Shown here in pieces: positions 9,682 to 17,855 of a DNA stretch of 64,000 nucleotides. Positions within the stretch are counted from its first letter, which is position 1. Each line of letters opens with the position of its first letter. The DNA is taken from contig CAZFPP010000001.1 in NCBI GenBank assembly GCA_964521125.1, forward strand, positions 12,439 through 76,438, given 5' to 3'. The translations under genes were made by a program, and so were the position numbers. The stretch comes from an uncultured Clostridia bacterium (GTDB taxonomy: Bacteria; Bacillota; Clostridia; Christensenellales; Borkfalkiaceae). Below the pieces are notes generated by a model. It did no database searches. It worked only from the letters and a program-made list of their open reading frames with translations, and was not told the DNA's origin.

Positions 9682-10389
9682 ATGAATTCTTATCGGCAAC
9701 ATAAACGCGGCAATGATGCGTTTACTTTTCTTGCAGTCATAGCGGTTTTTTTGTTTACTGTTATTCTGTTTATTTGCGTCTTCTGTTGGTACGGGAGAGC
9801 GTATGCCCGCGTTTCACTGAACAAAACTTATTATTTTCTTGTGCGTGATTGTGAAGATACGACGGCTTCCGCTATTGCGGGTCAGGTATACTTTTTGGGC
9901 GGCGCGGGATATCTGCTTGAATATAATGGGGAGCATGCAGTTGTGCTTGCTTGTTATTTCAAGCAAACAGATGCGGAATACGTTCTTCAGGTTATAGCGG
10001 ATAAAGGGGTAGAAACGCGTATTCTAATCCTAAAAACCGAGGATTTTTCTCTTGGCGGCAGGAAAGCGGCGCAGAAAAGTAAGATTACGGCGAATATCGA
10101 GACGACGGATACCTCAGCCGAGATTCTTTATGAGACTGCAAACGACTTGGAGCGGGCGGATATCTCGCAAGAGCAGGCGCGAGCGGCAGTACGCAGCGTG
10201 GTGACTTCGTTGAGAGGGTTGCGTACGGAAAACACGGAAAGCATGTTCCAAAGCTGGAATCTTGCGCTATCCTCTGCCGAAAAACGTGGCACAGAGATCT
10301 CTGAGGGTATTCTTTTTGCCAAAGATCTGCGATATATGCAAACACAGCTTTGTATGATGATTGTCAAAGCGAAAGATTATTTTGTGTAA
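9682..10389 (+). CDS. membrane-anchored protein with a possible SPOR-like domain
   Basis: 235-aa ORF with one TM (FTFLAVIAVFLFTVILFICVFCW). The following YYFLVRD...GGAGYLLEYNGEHAVVLACYFKQTDAEYVLQVIADKGVETRILIL has the spacing pattern of a SPOR fold. Assignment is by eye only. Confidence 0.45.
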   Translation: MNSYRQHKRGNDAFTFLAVIAVFLFTVILFICVFCWYGRAYARVSLNKTYYFLVRDCEDTTASAIAGQVYFLGGAGYLLEYNGEHAVVLACYFKQTDAEYVLQVIADKGVETRILILKTEDFSLGGRKAAQKSKITANIETTDTSAEILYETANDLERADISQEQARAAVRSVVTSLRGLRTENTESMFQSWNLALSSAEKRGTEISEGILFAKDLRYMQTQLCMMIVKAKDYFV

Positions 10390-10413
10390 TTCTACCTAAG
10401 TTAAAATTGAGAT

Positions 10414-11325
10414 ATGTTACATATGAAATGTTTATTTCTTTACAATCCAAACAGCGGAAAGGGCATGATCGGGCGAAAACTTTCCTACATAGAAAGACGG
10501 TTGAAAAACCGTTATTCTATTGTTGATTTGCATGAAACAAAGAGCGCAAAGGATCTTGAACAATGCGTACGTGAAGGAGCAAAAACGTATGATGCGATCA
10601 TTTTTTCGGGCGGGGACGGCACGTTTAATAACGTTTTACACGGTGCAGAAGCAAGCGGCGTGCAACTTGGTTATATTCCTTCCGGAACGGTAAACGACGT
10701 TGCGCGTTCGCTTGGAATTCCTCGCAATGTGAAAGGTGCGCTTAAAGTCATATTAAGAGGGCGTTCCGAAGATCTTGATTGCATGCGTGTAGGAGAACAT
10801 TACGCCATGTATATCGTGGCGGCAGGCGCGTTTACAAGCACGACATATCATACTCCGCAAAACAAAAAACGGGCGCTCGGTGCGCTTGCCTATGCGTTTG
10901 AGGGACTCAAGCACAATATGAAGCTTGAAGTATTTCCCTTAAAAGTAAGTTCAGGAGGAAAAACAATACGGACGGATGCCGTCCTTGTATTTGTACTCAA
11001 CGGACAATCGGTTGCCGGATTCCCGATCAACCGTGAAGCAAGTATGCGCGACGGGAAATTGGAGACGGTTATCATCAAGCAGGTAAAACGTCCGAATTTG
11101 TTTCGCCGAATCGGGGCGCTTTTCTCGGTTGCGTCGCTGTTTGTATTCGGGTGTAAGATAAAAAAGAAAGATATTATCACGTTGAGCGGAAACAGCGTTT
11201 CAATCGAAACGGCGGATAGTGTGGTATGGGATTTTGACGGTGAAGAGGGAATCAGAGGAAACGCTTTGGTTGAAGTATGTCATCAACGCGTAAAGCTTTT
11301 TGTGCCAAAAAAGAAAAAAATATAA
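10414..11325 (+). CDS. diacylglycerol kinase family lipid kinase (YegS/DagK-like)
   Basis: FLYNPNSGKG and SGGDGTFNNVL motifs. The start could also be the ATG at 10423. Confidence 0.85.
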   Translation: MLHMKCLFLYNPNSGKGMIGRKLSYIERRLKNRYSIVDLHETKSAKDLEQCVREGAKTYDAIIFSGGDGTFNNVLHGAEASGVQLGYIPSGTVNDVARSLGIPRNVKGALKVILRGRSEDLDCMRVGEHYAMYIVAAGAFTSTTYHTPQNKKRALGALAYAFEGLKHNMKLEVFPLKVSSGGKTIRTDAVLVFVLNGQSVAGFPINREASMRDGKLETVIIKQVKRPNLFRRIGALFSVASLFVFGCKIKKKDIITLSGNSVSIETADSVVWDFDGEEGIRGNALVEVCHQRVKLFVPKKKKI

Positions 11326-11339
11326 ATTTGCATATAAAA

Positions 11340-11363
11340 AATGCTTGCTTTTTTGCAAGCATT
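11340..11363 (+). terminator. hairpin after the lipid kinase gene
   Basis: 9-bp stem AATGCTTGC / GCAAGCATT with a T6 loop. No clear trailing T-run. It overlaps the -35 of the tRNA promoter. Confidence 0.45.
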
Positions 11364-11373
11364 CAATTATAAT
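11345..11373 (+). promoter_or_regulatory. sigmaA-type promoter of tRNA-Thr(CGT)
   Basis: TTGCTT (11345-11350), 17-nt spacer, TATAAT (11368-11373), about 37 nt upstream of the tRNA. Confidence 0.5.
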
Positions 11374-11409
11374 ATATGAGCGTGTTTGCGGAAGGCAAAT
11401 ATATAAAAC

Positions 11410-11485
11410 GCTACTGTGGCTCAGTCGGTAGAGCAGCTGATTCGTAATCAGCAGGTCGCCGGTTCAAGTCCGGCCAGTAGCTCCA
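11410..11485 (+). tRNA. tRNA-Thr (anticodon CGT)
   Basis: 76-nt cloverleaf. Acceptor GCTACTG/CAGTAGC, D arm GCTC-AGTCGGTA-GAGC, anticodon stem GCTGA/TCAGC with loop TTCGTAA, T arm GCCGG-TTCAAGT-CCGGC, encoded CCA. Confidence 0.93.
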
Positions 11486-11516
11486 TCTTTCATTCACCAA
11501 ATGACTGTCGGTGAAT

Positions 11517-11550
11517 AAAAAGAGCGGGATTATTCAATCTCGCTCTTTTT
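11517..11550 (+). terminator. intrinsic terminator after tRNA-Thr(CGT)
   Basis: Stem AAAAGAGCG / CGCTCTTTT (11517-11526 / 11541-11549) followed by T residues. Confidence 0.7.
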
Positions 11551-11950
11551 ATGCAATTTTTTCCACATAAATACATACATTATGCAAATTTTATGCAACC
11601 AAAAAGTTGGACAAAAATGTTTCATTTTATGACTGTCTTTTTTGCATATTTGCCATTTGGCTGGACTTGAACTGGGACATCGAATTTTTCGAAAAAATTT
11701 TTTCTATTTTTTAAGGCGCGGAAACTGTGTTTCGAACCTGCAAATTATCTGCATCTAAACTGACTATTACGGCATTTATTTTTTTGCTGTAAATCCCTTT
11801 GCAGGCATAGACGGTGAAGGAATCCGAGTTGAGTTTCAGGATTAAGTCCAACATGAACGGTTTGCTATGTAAGCGGAAAATACAATGATGTGTTTCAAAG
11901 AGTCGTTCGGTGACTTTGAACGATAGAGCCGCATCAGGCTCACAACGGGT

Positions 11951-11989
11951 ACACAAAAAAATATCCTCCACTTATAGTTGAGGATATTT
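11951..11989 (-). terminator. intrinsic terminator after tRNA-Thr(GGT)
   Basis: Read on the minus strand: 11-bp stem AAAATATCCTC / GAGGATATTTT immediately 3' of the CCA end, followed by a T7 run. Confidence 0.75.
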
Positions 11990-12065
<76 letters not shown>

Positions 12066-12186
12066 AAAGCGGAAAGCTTTTATAGAATATCAAAATAAGC
12101 GAAATAAGTCAAGCGATATTCATTTGAAAATGCAAAATTCGCCAAAGTTTTTTTCGATGGAATAATTCTATCTTGTGCATATTCAT

Positions 12187-12215
12187 TTGACACCGATAAA
12201 AAGACATGATAAAAT
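12187..12215 (+). promoter_or_regulatory. sigmaA-type promoter of the C-S lyase pair
   Basis: TTGACA (12187-12192), 17-nt spacer, TAAAAT (12210-12215). AAAGGAG at 12271-12277 precedes the ATG at 12287. Confidence 0.6.
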
Positions 12216-12286
12216 TTATAGCAACATCATAGGAAATATCAATATTTTTGGAATTCCTATCATACCACAGAAAGGAGTAACGAAAT

Positions 12287-13423
12287 ATGAAGTTTGAAAC
12301 ACTGTGTTTGCATGCAGACGGCAATCACAAAGACGAATGGGGAACGTTGGCCATGCCCATCTGTCAATCGGCGACTTTTGTGCATAAGGGGGTGGATGTG
12401 CAATCGGAATTCAGCTATTCTCGGCTTTCCAATCCCACGAGATCGCACCTCGAAAACACAATCTCAACGCTTGAAGGCGGCGCGGCTGCATTTGCCTTCT
12501 CCTCGGGAATGGCGGCGCTTACCACTGTTATGAAGCTGCTTCCCGCACCCGCACATATTATAGCTTCCGAAGACTTATATGGAGGAAGCCTGCGGCTTTT
12601 CCGCAATGTGAACACGCTCGAAGGGCTTTCGTTTGATTTTACCGATACGGCAAACATACATGAAGTTGAGGCGCTTATTCGTCCTCATACGGCGGCCATT
12701 TATGTGGAAACACCAAGTAATCCGCTTATGATGGTTTCGAATATCGCCGCACTTGCGGAACTTGCGCATTCTCGCGGGCTTCTTCTCATTGTAGATAATA
12801 CTTTTCTAACGCCTTATTATCAACGTCCTTTGGAGCTCGGCGCGGATATCGTTATTCACAGCGGTACGAAATATTTAGGCGGACATAACGATACGCTTGC
12901 AGGCTTTGCCGTAGCGAAAACGGCGGAATTGGCTGAACGAATCGGTTATTATGCAAAGACCGTCGGCGCGTGTCTTGCGCCTTTTGATTGTTTTCTGATT
13001 GAGCGCGGAATCAAGACGCTGCCTCTCCGCATGGATAAAATCAGTTATAACGCAAAGAAAATTGCGGAGTGGCTTCGCGACAGAGAGGAAGTAAAAAAAG
13101 TTTATTATATCGGTTTTCCCGATCATGAGGGATATGAAATTTCTCAAAAACAGGCGACGGGCTTCGGCGGAATGATCTCTTTCGAAGTAAAAGAAGAGGC
13201 GTTGGCAATCAAGCTGTTGAGAGAAGTAAAAGTTTTTCAATATGCAGAAAGTTTAGGCGGTGTGGAAAGTTTAATCACATATCCTATGAGGCAGACGCAC
13301 GCCGACGTTCCCAAAGAGGAGCGCGACGCGCGCGGCATTAACGAGCGTTTTTTGCGGATTTCCGTCGGCATAGAAAACGATGAGGATCTGATTGAAGATT
13401 TAAAACAGGCATTCGAAGCATGA
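12287..13423 (+). CDS. PLP-dependent trans-sulfuration enzyme (cystathionine gamma-synthase / beta- or gamma-lyase family)
   Basis: 378-aa ORF. N-terminal KFETLCLHAD... and SGTKYLGGHND (PLP lysine region) are typical of the Cys/Met metabolism PLP family. Confidence 0.85.
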   Translation: MKFETLCLHADGNHKDEWGTLAMPICQSATFVHKGVDVQSEFSYSRLSNPTRSHLENTISTLEGGAAAFAFSSGMAALTTVMKLLPAPAHIIASEDLYGGSLRLFRNVNTLEGLSFDFTDTANIHEVEALIRPHTAAIYVETPSNPLMMVSNIAALAELAHSRGLLLIVDNTFLTPYYQRPLELGADIVIHSGTKYLGGHNDTLAGFAVAKTAELAERIGYYAKTVGACLAPFDCFLIERGIKTLPLRMDKISYNAKKIAEWLRDREEVKKVYYIGFPDHEGYEISQKQATGFGGMISFEVKEEALAIKLLREVKVFQYAESLGGVESLITYPMRQTHADVPKEERDARGINERFLRISVGIENDEDLIEDLKQAFEA

Positions 13424-14598
13424 AATACGATTTTGATAAAATAATTGAAAGAAGGAATACAAACAGCTTAAAATATGATTTTTCAGAGAAAAGAGGACTG
13501 CCTAAGGACGTTCTTCCTCTCTGGGTTGCAGACATGGATTTTCGCACCTGTGATGAGGTCATTGCGGCATTGCATGAAAAAGCAGAGCACGGCATTTTCG
13601 GTTATTCCGAACCGCTGGACGAATATTACTGTGCGCTTCTTAGCTGGTTTTCCTCACGGCATTCATGGAATCCCGATCCCAAAAGGTTTGTTTTAACTTG
13701 TGGGATTGTTTTTTCGCTTTGTTCTCTTATTCGCACTCTTACGAAAAAAGGGGATGCTGTTCTCATTTGTCAGCCTGTTTATTACCCATTCGAAGAGAGT
13801 ATAGTGGAAAACGGCAGAAAACTTGTTGTGAGCGAATTAAGGAATGAGAATGGTCATTACGTCTTTGATTATGATGATTTCGAGAGGAAGATTACGGAAA
13901 ATAACGTAAAAGTATTTATTTTGTGTAATCCGCATAATCCGGTTGGGCGCGTTTGGACGAGAGAAGAGTTGGAGCATGTGGGGAATATCTGCTTAAAACA
14001 CGGCGTATTCGTCATAGCGGATGAAATTCACGAAGATTTCGTGTATGAGGGTCACCGTCATACCGTTTTTGTGACGATAAGACCAGAGTTTGAAAAAAAT
14101 TGCGCTGTGTGTACCGCACCGTCTAAAACGTTTAATCTTGCGGGATTACACAATTCTAACATATATATCGCAGATGATAAAATCCGCGAAAAATTTGTTT
14201 CGGAACTCAACGCGCAAGGATACAGTCAGTCGAATGTAATGGGTATTGTTGCTTGCCAGGCGGCGTACCGTTACGGACAGGAATGGCTAGACGAACTTTT
14301 GTCTTACCTTACGGGAAACATTGCGTTCGTAAAAGAGTATTTAAAAGAGAATCTTCCTCAAATATCTATGACCGAGCCGGAAGGAACTTATTTACTATGG
14401 CTAGATTGCAGGAAGCTTGCACTGTCCGACAGAGAATTGAGAGATTTAATCCGTAATAAAGCGGGCTTGTGGTTAGATGACGGCTTTATCTTCGGGAAAG
14501 GCGGAAGCGGATTTCAGCGTATCAATATTGCCTGTCCCCGTTCTGTATTAAAAGAAGCGTTGGAAAAATTGAAACATGCGGTAGAAATATGCACATAG
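13420..14598 (+). CDS. MalY/PatB-type aminotransferase class I/II with cystathionine beta-lyase activity
   Basis: 392-aa ORF with the hallmark PatB/MalY N-terminus MKYDFDKIIERRNTNSLKYD. Its ATG overlaps the upstream stop (ATGA). Confidence 0.85.
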   Translation: MKYDFDKIIERRNTNSLKYDFSEKRGLPKDVLPLWVADMDFRTCDEVIAALHEKAEHGIFGYSEPLDEYYCALLSWFSSRHSWNPDPKRFVLTCGIVFSLCSLIRTLTKKGDAVLICQPVYYPFEESIVENGRKLVVSELRNENGHYVFDYDDFERKITENNVKVFILCNPHNPVGRVWTREELEHVGNICLKHGVFVIADEIHEDFVYEGHRHTVFVTIRPEFEKNCAVCTAPSKTFNLAGLHNSNIYIADDKIREKFVSELNAQGYSQSNVMGIVACQAAYRYGQEWLDELLSYLTGNIAFVKEYLKENLPQISMTEPEGTYLLWLDCRKLALSDRELRDLIRNKAGLWLDDGFIFGKGGSGFQRINIACPRSVLKEALEKLKHAVEICT

Positions 14599-14657
14599 AG
14601 AAAAAAGTGCAAATGACTTATCCGTGTTTTTTCATATCATATATTTTGTCGATAAAA

Positions 14658-14690
14658 AAAGCTCGTTGGAATAATTTAACCAAGAGCTTT
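14658..14690. terminator. bidirectional terminator between the C-S lyase pair and dapB
   Basis: Stem AAAGCTCGTTGG / CCAAGAGCTTT with one bulge, an A-run before and a T-run after. Confidence 0.65.
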
Positions 14691-14708
14691 TAATTTTTTG
14701 ACAACTGA

Positions 14709-15461
14709 TTATACGATTCCTGCAAGAAGATCAGACATATCATACAGTCCCGCCGGTTTTCCTTTCAGCCATGCCGCCGCTTTTAAGGCGCCCGAAGCAA
14801 AGACTTTGCGACTCCTCGCAGAATGCGAAAGGGTGATTATTTCATCCTCGCCGGCGAACATAATCTCATGCTCGCCTACAATCGTTCCGCCGCGTACGGC
14901 ATGAATTCCGATTTCGCTATTTTTTCGCGCACCCGGAAGCCCTTCCCGTCCATAAACGATTTCTTTTCCTCCTCCGAAACCTTCATTGATGCTTTTATAA
15001 AGCATAAGCGCGGTTCCCGAGGGGGCGTCTTTTTTCATGCGGTGGTGCCGTTCAACGATTTCTGCGTCGAATCGGTCCCCCAAAATTTCCGCCGCTTTTT
15101 TTGAAAACAACTGTAAAAGATTGATTCCGATTGACAGATTTCCCGTTTTAAAAATTGCAATTTTTTCTGCATATCTCTGAATGAGCAATTCATCGTTGTC
15201 GCTGTACCCCGTCGAACCGAGTACAATACCGATTTCCCGCTCTTTACAGAAAGCAAGCCGTTCTTCTAAATTAGTCGCTGAAGAAAAATCGATAACAATG
15301 TCGGCTTTTTCGGCGATTTTGTCAAATTTTTCATAAACAGGAAAGGGCATGGGAGATGGAAACAAATCAACGCCGCAGACGATAATGTGATCGGTTTCCG
15401 TAGCAAGTTCTGTAACGTTTTTTCCCATTTTCCCGCATGCGCCGCATAATATGATGTTCAT
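14709..15461 (-). CDS. dapB: 4-hydroxy-tetrahydrodipicolinate reductase
   Basis: 250-aa ORF with N-terminal MNIILCGACGKMG Rossmann fold and ERHHRMKKDAPSGTA, the DapB signature. Confidence 0.92.
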   Translation of the reverse strand: MNIILCGACGKMGKNVTELATETDHIIVCGVDLFPSPMPFPVYEKFDKIAEKADIVIDFSSATNLEERLAFCKEREIGIVLGSTGYSDNDELLIQRYAEKIAIFKTGNLSIGINLLQLFSKKAAEILGDRFDAEIVERHHRMKKDAPSGTALMLYKSINEGFGGGKEIVYGREGLPGARKNSEIGIHAVRGGTIVGEHEIMFAGEDEIITLSHSARSRKVFASGALKAAAWLKGKPAGLYDMSDLLAGIV

Positions 15462-16348
15462 GTCGTTATCTCCAAACCATAGTCCGTCATTGCTTTTTTC
15501 AGTATTTCTTCATGTTCCGGTTCTAACGGGGTGAGGGGCGCGCGCGGCGTGCCCGCCTGAAATCCCAATGCATTCATCCCTGCTTTTGCGGGTATAGGAT
15601 TGACCTCAATAAAGCATGCCTTCGTGAGCGGAAGTAATTTATCGTTTTCTTCGTTTGCCTTTTTTAAGTTGCCTTGAAGCACTGCTTCGCAAAGCGCGGA
15701 AACGCCGGCCGGCGCTAAGTTGGAGACGACGGAGATCACCGCCGTGCCGCCTGCCGCCAATATGGGGAGATTGAGCGGATCCTCACCGGAATATAAGTCA
15801 CATTTTCCGCGGATAAGCCGAGCTGTTTCCAAAACCTGCGCCATATTGCCACTCGCCTCTTTGATGCCCGCCATGTTGGGGATTTGGGCAATGCGCGCCA
15901 TTGTCTCCGGAAGAATATTTACGCCTGTTCTCGAAGGCACGTTATAACAGATGACGGGAATATGTACTGCTTCGCAGATGCTCCTATAATATAAAACAAG
16001 TCCGTTCTGCGTACACTTGTTGTAGTAGGGGGTAACGGCAAGGATCCCGTCGGCGCCAAGGCGTTCCGCACGTTTGCTTGCCAAGACGGCTTTTTCCGTA
16101 CAGTTGCTACCCGTACCAATGATAACTTTTACGCGTTTTGCGATTTTCGTAATAGCGTATTGGATTACCTGTTCCTTTTCCTCTTCTGTCATGGTTGCGG
16201 GTTCTCCCGTAGTTCCTAAGACGATAAGAGCCTTAATTCCGTTGTTGATCTGGTATTCGATCATTTTTCCGAAGGCATTGAGATTTACCCCGTCTTTATT
16301 AAACGGTGTAATGAGTGCGGTTGCGGCTCCCTTTAAAAAACCTGTCAT
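15458..16348 (-). CDS. dapA: 4-hydroxy-tetrahydrodipicolinate synthase
   Basis: ITPF...VLGTTGE motifs. The track start at 16363 is TTG; the ATG at 16348 follows GAGGGA, so I prefer it. Overlaps the dapB start by 4 nt. Confidence 0.92.
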   Translation of the reverse strand: MTGFLKGAATALITPFNKDGVNLNAFGKMIEYQINNGIKALIVLGTTGEPATMTEEEKEQVIQYAITKIAKRVKVIIGTGSNCTEKAVLASKRAERLGADGILAVTPYYNKCTQNGLVLYYRSICEAVHIPVICYNVPSRTGVNILPETMARIAQIPNMAGIKEASGNMAQVLETARLIRGKCDLYSGEDPLNLPILAAGGTAVISVVSNLAPAGVSALCEAVLQGNLKKANEENDKLLPLTKACFIEVNPIPAKAGMNALGFQAGTPRAPLTPLEPEHEEILKKAMTDYGLEITT

Positions 16349-16369
16349 AATTATTTCCCTCAATCAAAT

Positions 16370-17458
16370 TCAATCAAAATAACCTTTTGCGGCGAGTAAT
16401 TCCGCTACCAGAACTGATCCTCCCGCTGCGCCGAGCAACGTATTGTGCGAACAAGCGACAAATTTATAATCAAACAGCGTATCTTCGCGAAGCCGCCCTG
16501 CCGAAACGCCCATACCGTTTTCGATCATTCGGTCAAGTTTCGGTTGCGGACGGTTATCCTCCTCAAAATAATGTAAAAATTGTTTGGGAGCGGAAGGGAG
16601 TCCCAGATCTTCCGGCGCTCCTCGGTATTCAGCCCAATCCCGCAAAATTTGTTCTTTCGTCGGTTTATTTTCAAAACTGACGAATACGGCTGCGGTGTGT
16701 CCGTCGGATACGGGTACGCGCAGACATTGCGACGTAATGAGAGGGGATTGCGCGGGTATGATTTTTTCTCCTTCGATTTTCCCCCATATTTTAAGCGGTT
16801 CTTTTTCGCTTTTTTCTTCTTCGCCTGCAATATATGGAATAACGTTATCTACAATTTCCGGCATGGTATCAAAAGTTTTGCCGGCTCCTGAGATCGCCTG
16901 ATAGGTGCAAGCAAGCGCGCATTTTATGCCGTATTTTTTTAGCGGATGCAGCAGAGGGACATAAGATTGCAGGGAACAGTTGGATTTCACGGCTATAAAT
17001 CCGCGTTTGGTACCGAGCCGCGCCCGCTGTGCAGGGATGATCTCAGTATGTTCGGCGTTGATTTCGGGAATAAGCATGGGAACGTCCGGCGTGAAACGGT
17101 GTGCCGAATTGTTGGAAACAACGGGAATCTCCAACTTAGCGTACATTTCCTCGAGATCGCGTGTTTTTTGCTTTTCCAAATTGACGGCGCAGAATACAAA
17201 ATCCACTTTTCCAACGAGACTCTTTGCGTCCTTTTCAGCGTTAAGCACCGTCATATTGTGCGTAAACGCAGGGATAGGGGTGTTCATCGCCCATTTATCG
17301 CCTACCGCATCGGGATATTTTTTGCCGGACGAGCGCTCGCTTGCCAGCAGCGCTACAGGAATAAACCAAGGATGGTTTTCCAGTAAGCAGATGAACCGCT
17401 GACCAACCATGCCTGTTGCGCCGACAACGGCGACTTTATATTTTCTTTGAGGTTGCAT
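16370..17458 (-). CDS. asd: aspartate-semialdehyde dehydrogenase
   Basis: 362-aa ORF with KVAVVGATGMVGQRF and a CSLQS active-site cysteine region. It is the first gene after the lysine riboswitch. Confidence 0.9.
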   Translation of the reverse strand: MQPQRKYKVAVVGATGMVGQRFICLLENHPWFIPVALLASERSSGKKYPDAVGDKWAMNTPIPAFTHNMTVLNAEKDAKSLVGKVDFVFCAVNLEKQKTRDLEEMYAKLEIPVVSNNSAHRFTPDVPMLIPEINAEHTEIIPAQRARLGTKRGFIAVKSNCSLQSYVPLLHPLKKYGIKCALACTYQAISGAGKTFDTMPEIVDNVIPYIAGEEEKSEKEPLKIWGKIEGEKIIPAQSPLITSQCLRVPVSDGHTAAVFVSFENKPTKEQILRDWAEYRGAPEDLGLPSAPKQFLHYFEEDNRPQPKLDRMIENGMGVSAGRLREDTLFDYKFVACSHNTLLGAAGGSVLVAELLAAKGYFD

Positions 17459-17495
17459 ATAGAAACGTCTCCTTCTTCCTTAATTATGCAGGTAA

Positions 17496-17719
17496 CAAAA
17501 AAGCGGTGATCATTCACCGCCGCCTACGAATTCCGAAATGCATCTTACCGAAAAGCGCATCACCGCGGTGACAGTAACAAAGGTATTCTCCCTTGTTCCC
17601 AACGCGCGGCGTAAAGGTGTCCGCTCGTTTCGGCGGCGATGTCCTTTTGTCCGTCGTCATCAAAACCCCTTACGGTTTTTCAGGCGGAGTACTTATACTC
17701 GACCGCTCCTCTGTTCAGT
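17496..17719 (-). promoter_or_regulatory. lysine riboswitch (L-box) with terminator expression platform, leader of asd-dapA-dapB
   Basis: The minus-strand read contains, in the L-box order, AGAGGAGC...GAGTA...TGAAAA...GGGG...TCGCCGCCGAAA...TTGG...CTGTCA. A hairpin GCGGTGA-ATGA-TCACCGC plus a T6 run follows (plus-strand 17496-17520). Confidence 0.8.
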
Positions 17720-17725
17720 ATGCAT

Positions 17726-17754
17726 ATTTTACCATAGCTTTTGTGAAAAGTCAA
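17726..17754 (-). promoter_or_regulatory. sigmaA-type promoter of the L-box/asd operon
   Basis: Read on the minus strand: TTGACT (17754-17749), 17-nt spacer, TAAAAT (17731-17726), just upstream of the riboswitch 5' end. Confidence 0.65.
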
Positions 17755-17773
17755 AGAATTTATCGGATTTTGA

Positions 17774-17802
17774 TTGAAATATTTTCCGTTTTGTAGTACA
17801 AT
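17774..17802 (+). promoter_or_regulatory. sigmaA-type promoter of the DUF624-MTase-hslO operon
   Basis: TTGAAA (17774-17779), 17-nt spacer, TACAAT (17797-17802). Divergent from the asd promoter. Confidence 0.5.
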
Positions 17803-17855
17803 AATGCCATCGTAATTATTTTGGCGAAAAATCACAGCTATTTTGGAGTGTTGAG

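Noticed and set aside
11561-11569. A DnaA-box-like TTTTCCACA, considered as a hint of a replication origin or DnaA-regulated site.
   Set aside because: It is a single one-mismatch box with no cluster, no AT-rich unwinding element context, and no dnaA or dnaN nearby.
11711-11971. An 86-aa ORF between the two tRNA-Thr genes, considered as a functional gene.
   Set aside because: Its GTG start lies inside the terminator stem of tRNA-Thr(GGT). It has no RBS and no recognisable motif. At best it is a remnant (see the finding on this interval).
12066-12286. An S-box or T-box leader upstream of the trans-sulfuration gene.
   Set aside because: Only ~70 nt lie between the -10 and the ATG. No specifier-loop/T-box sequence or SAM-I conserved helices are visible.
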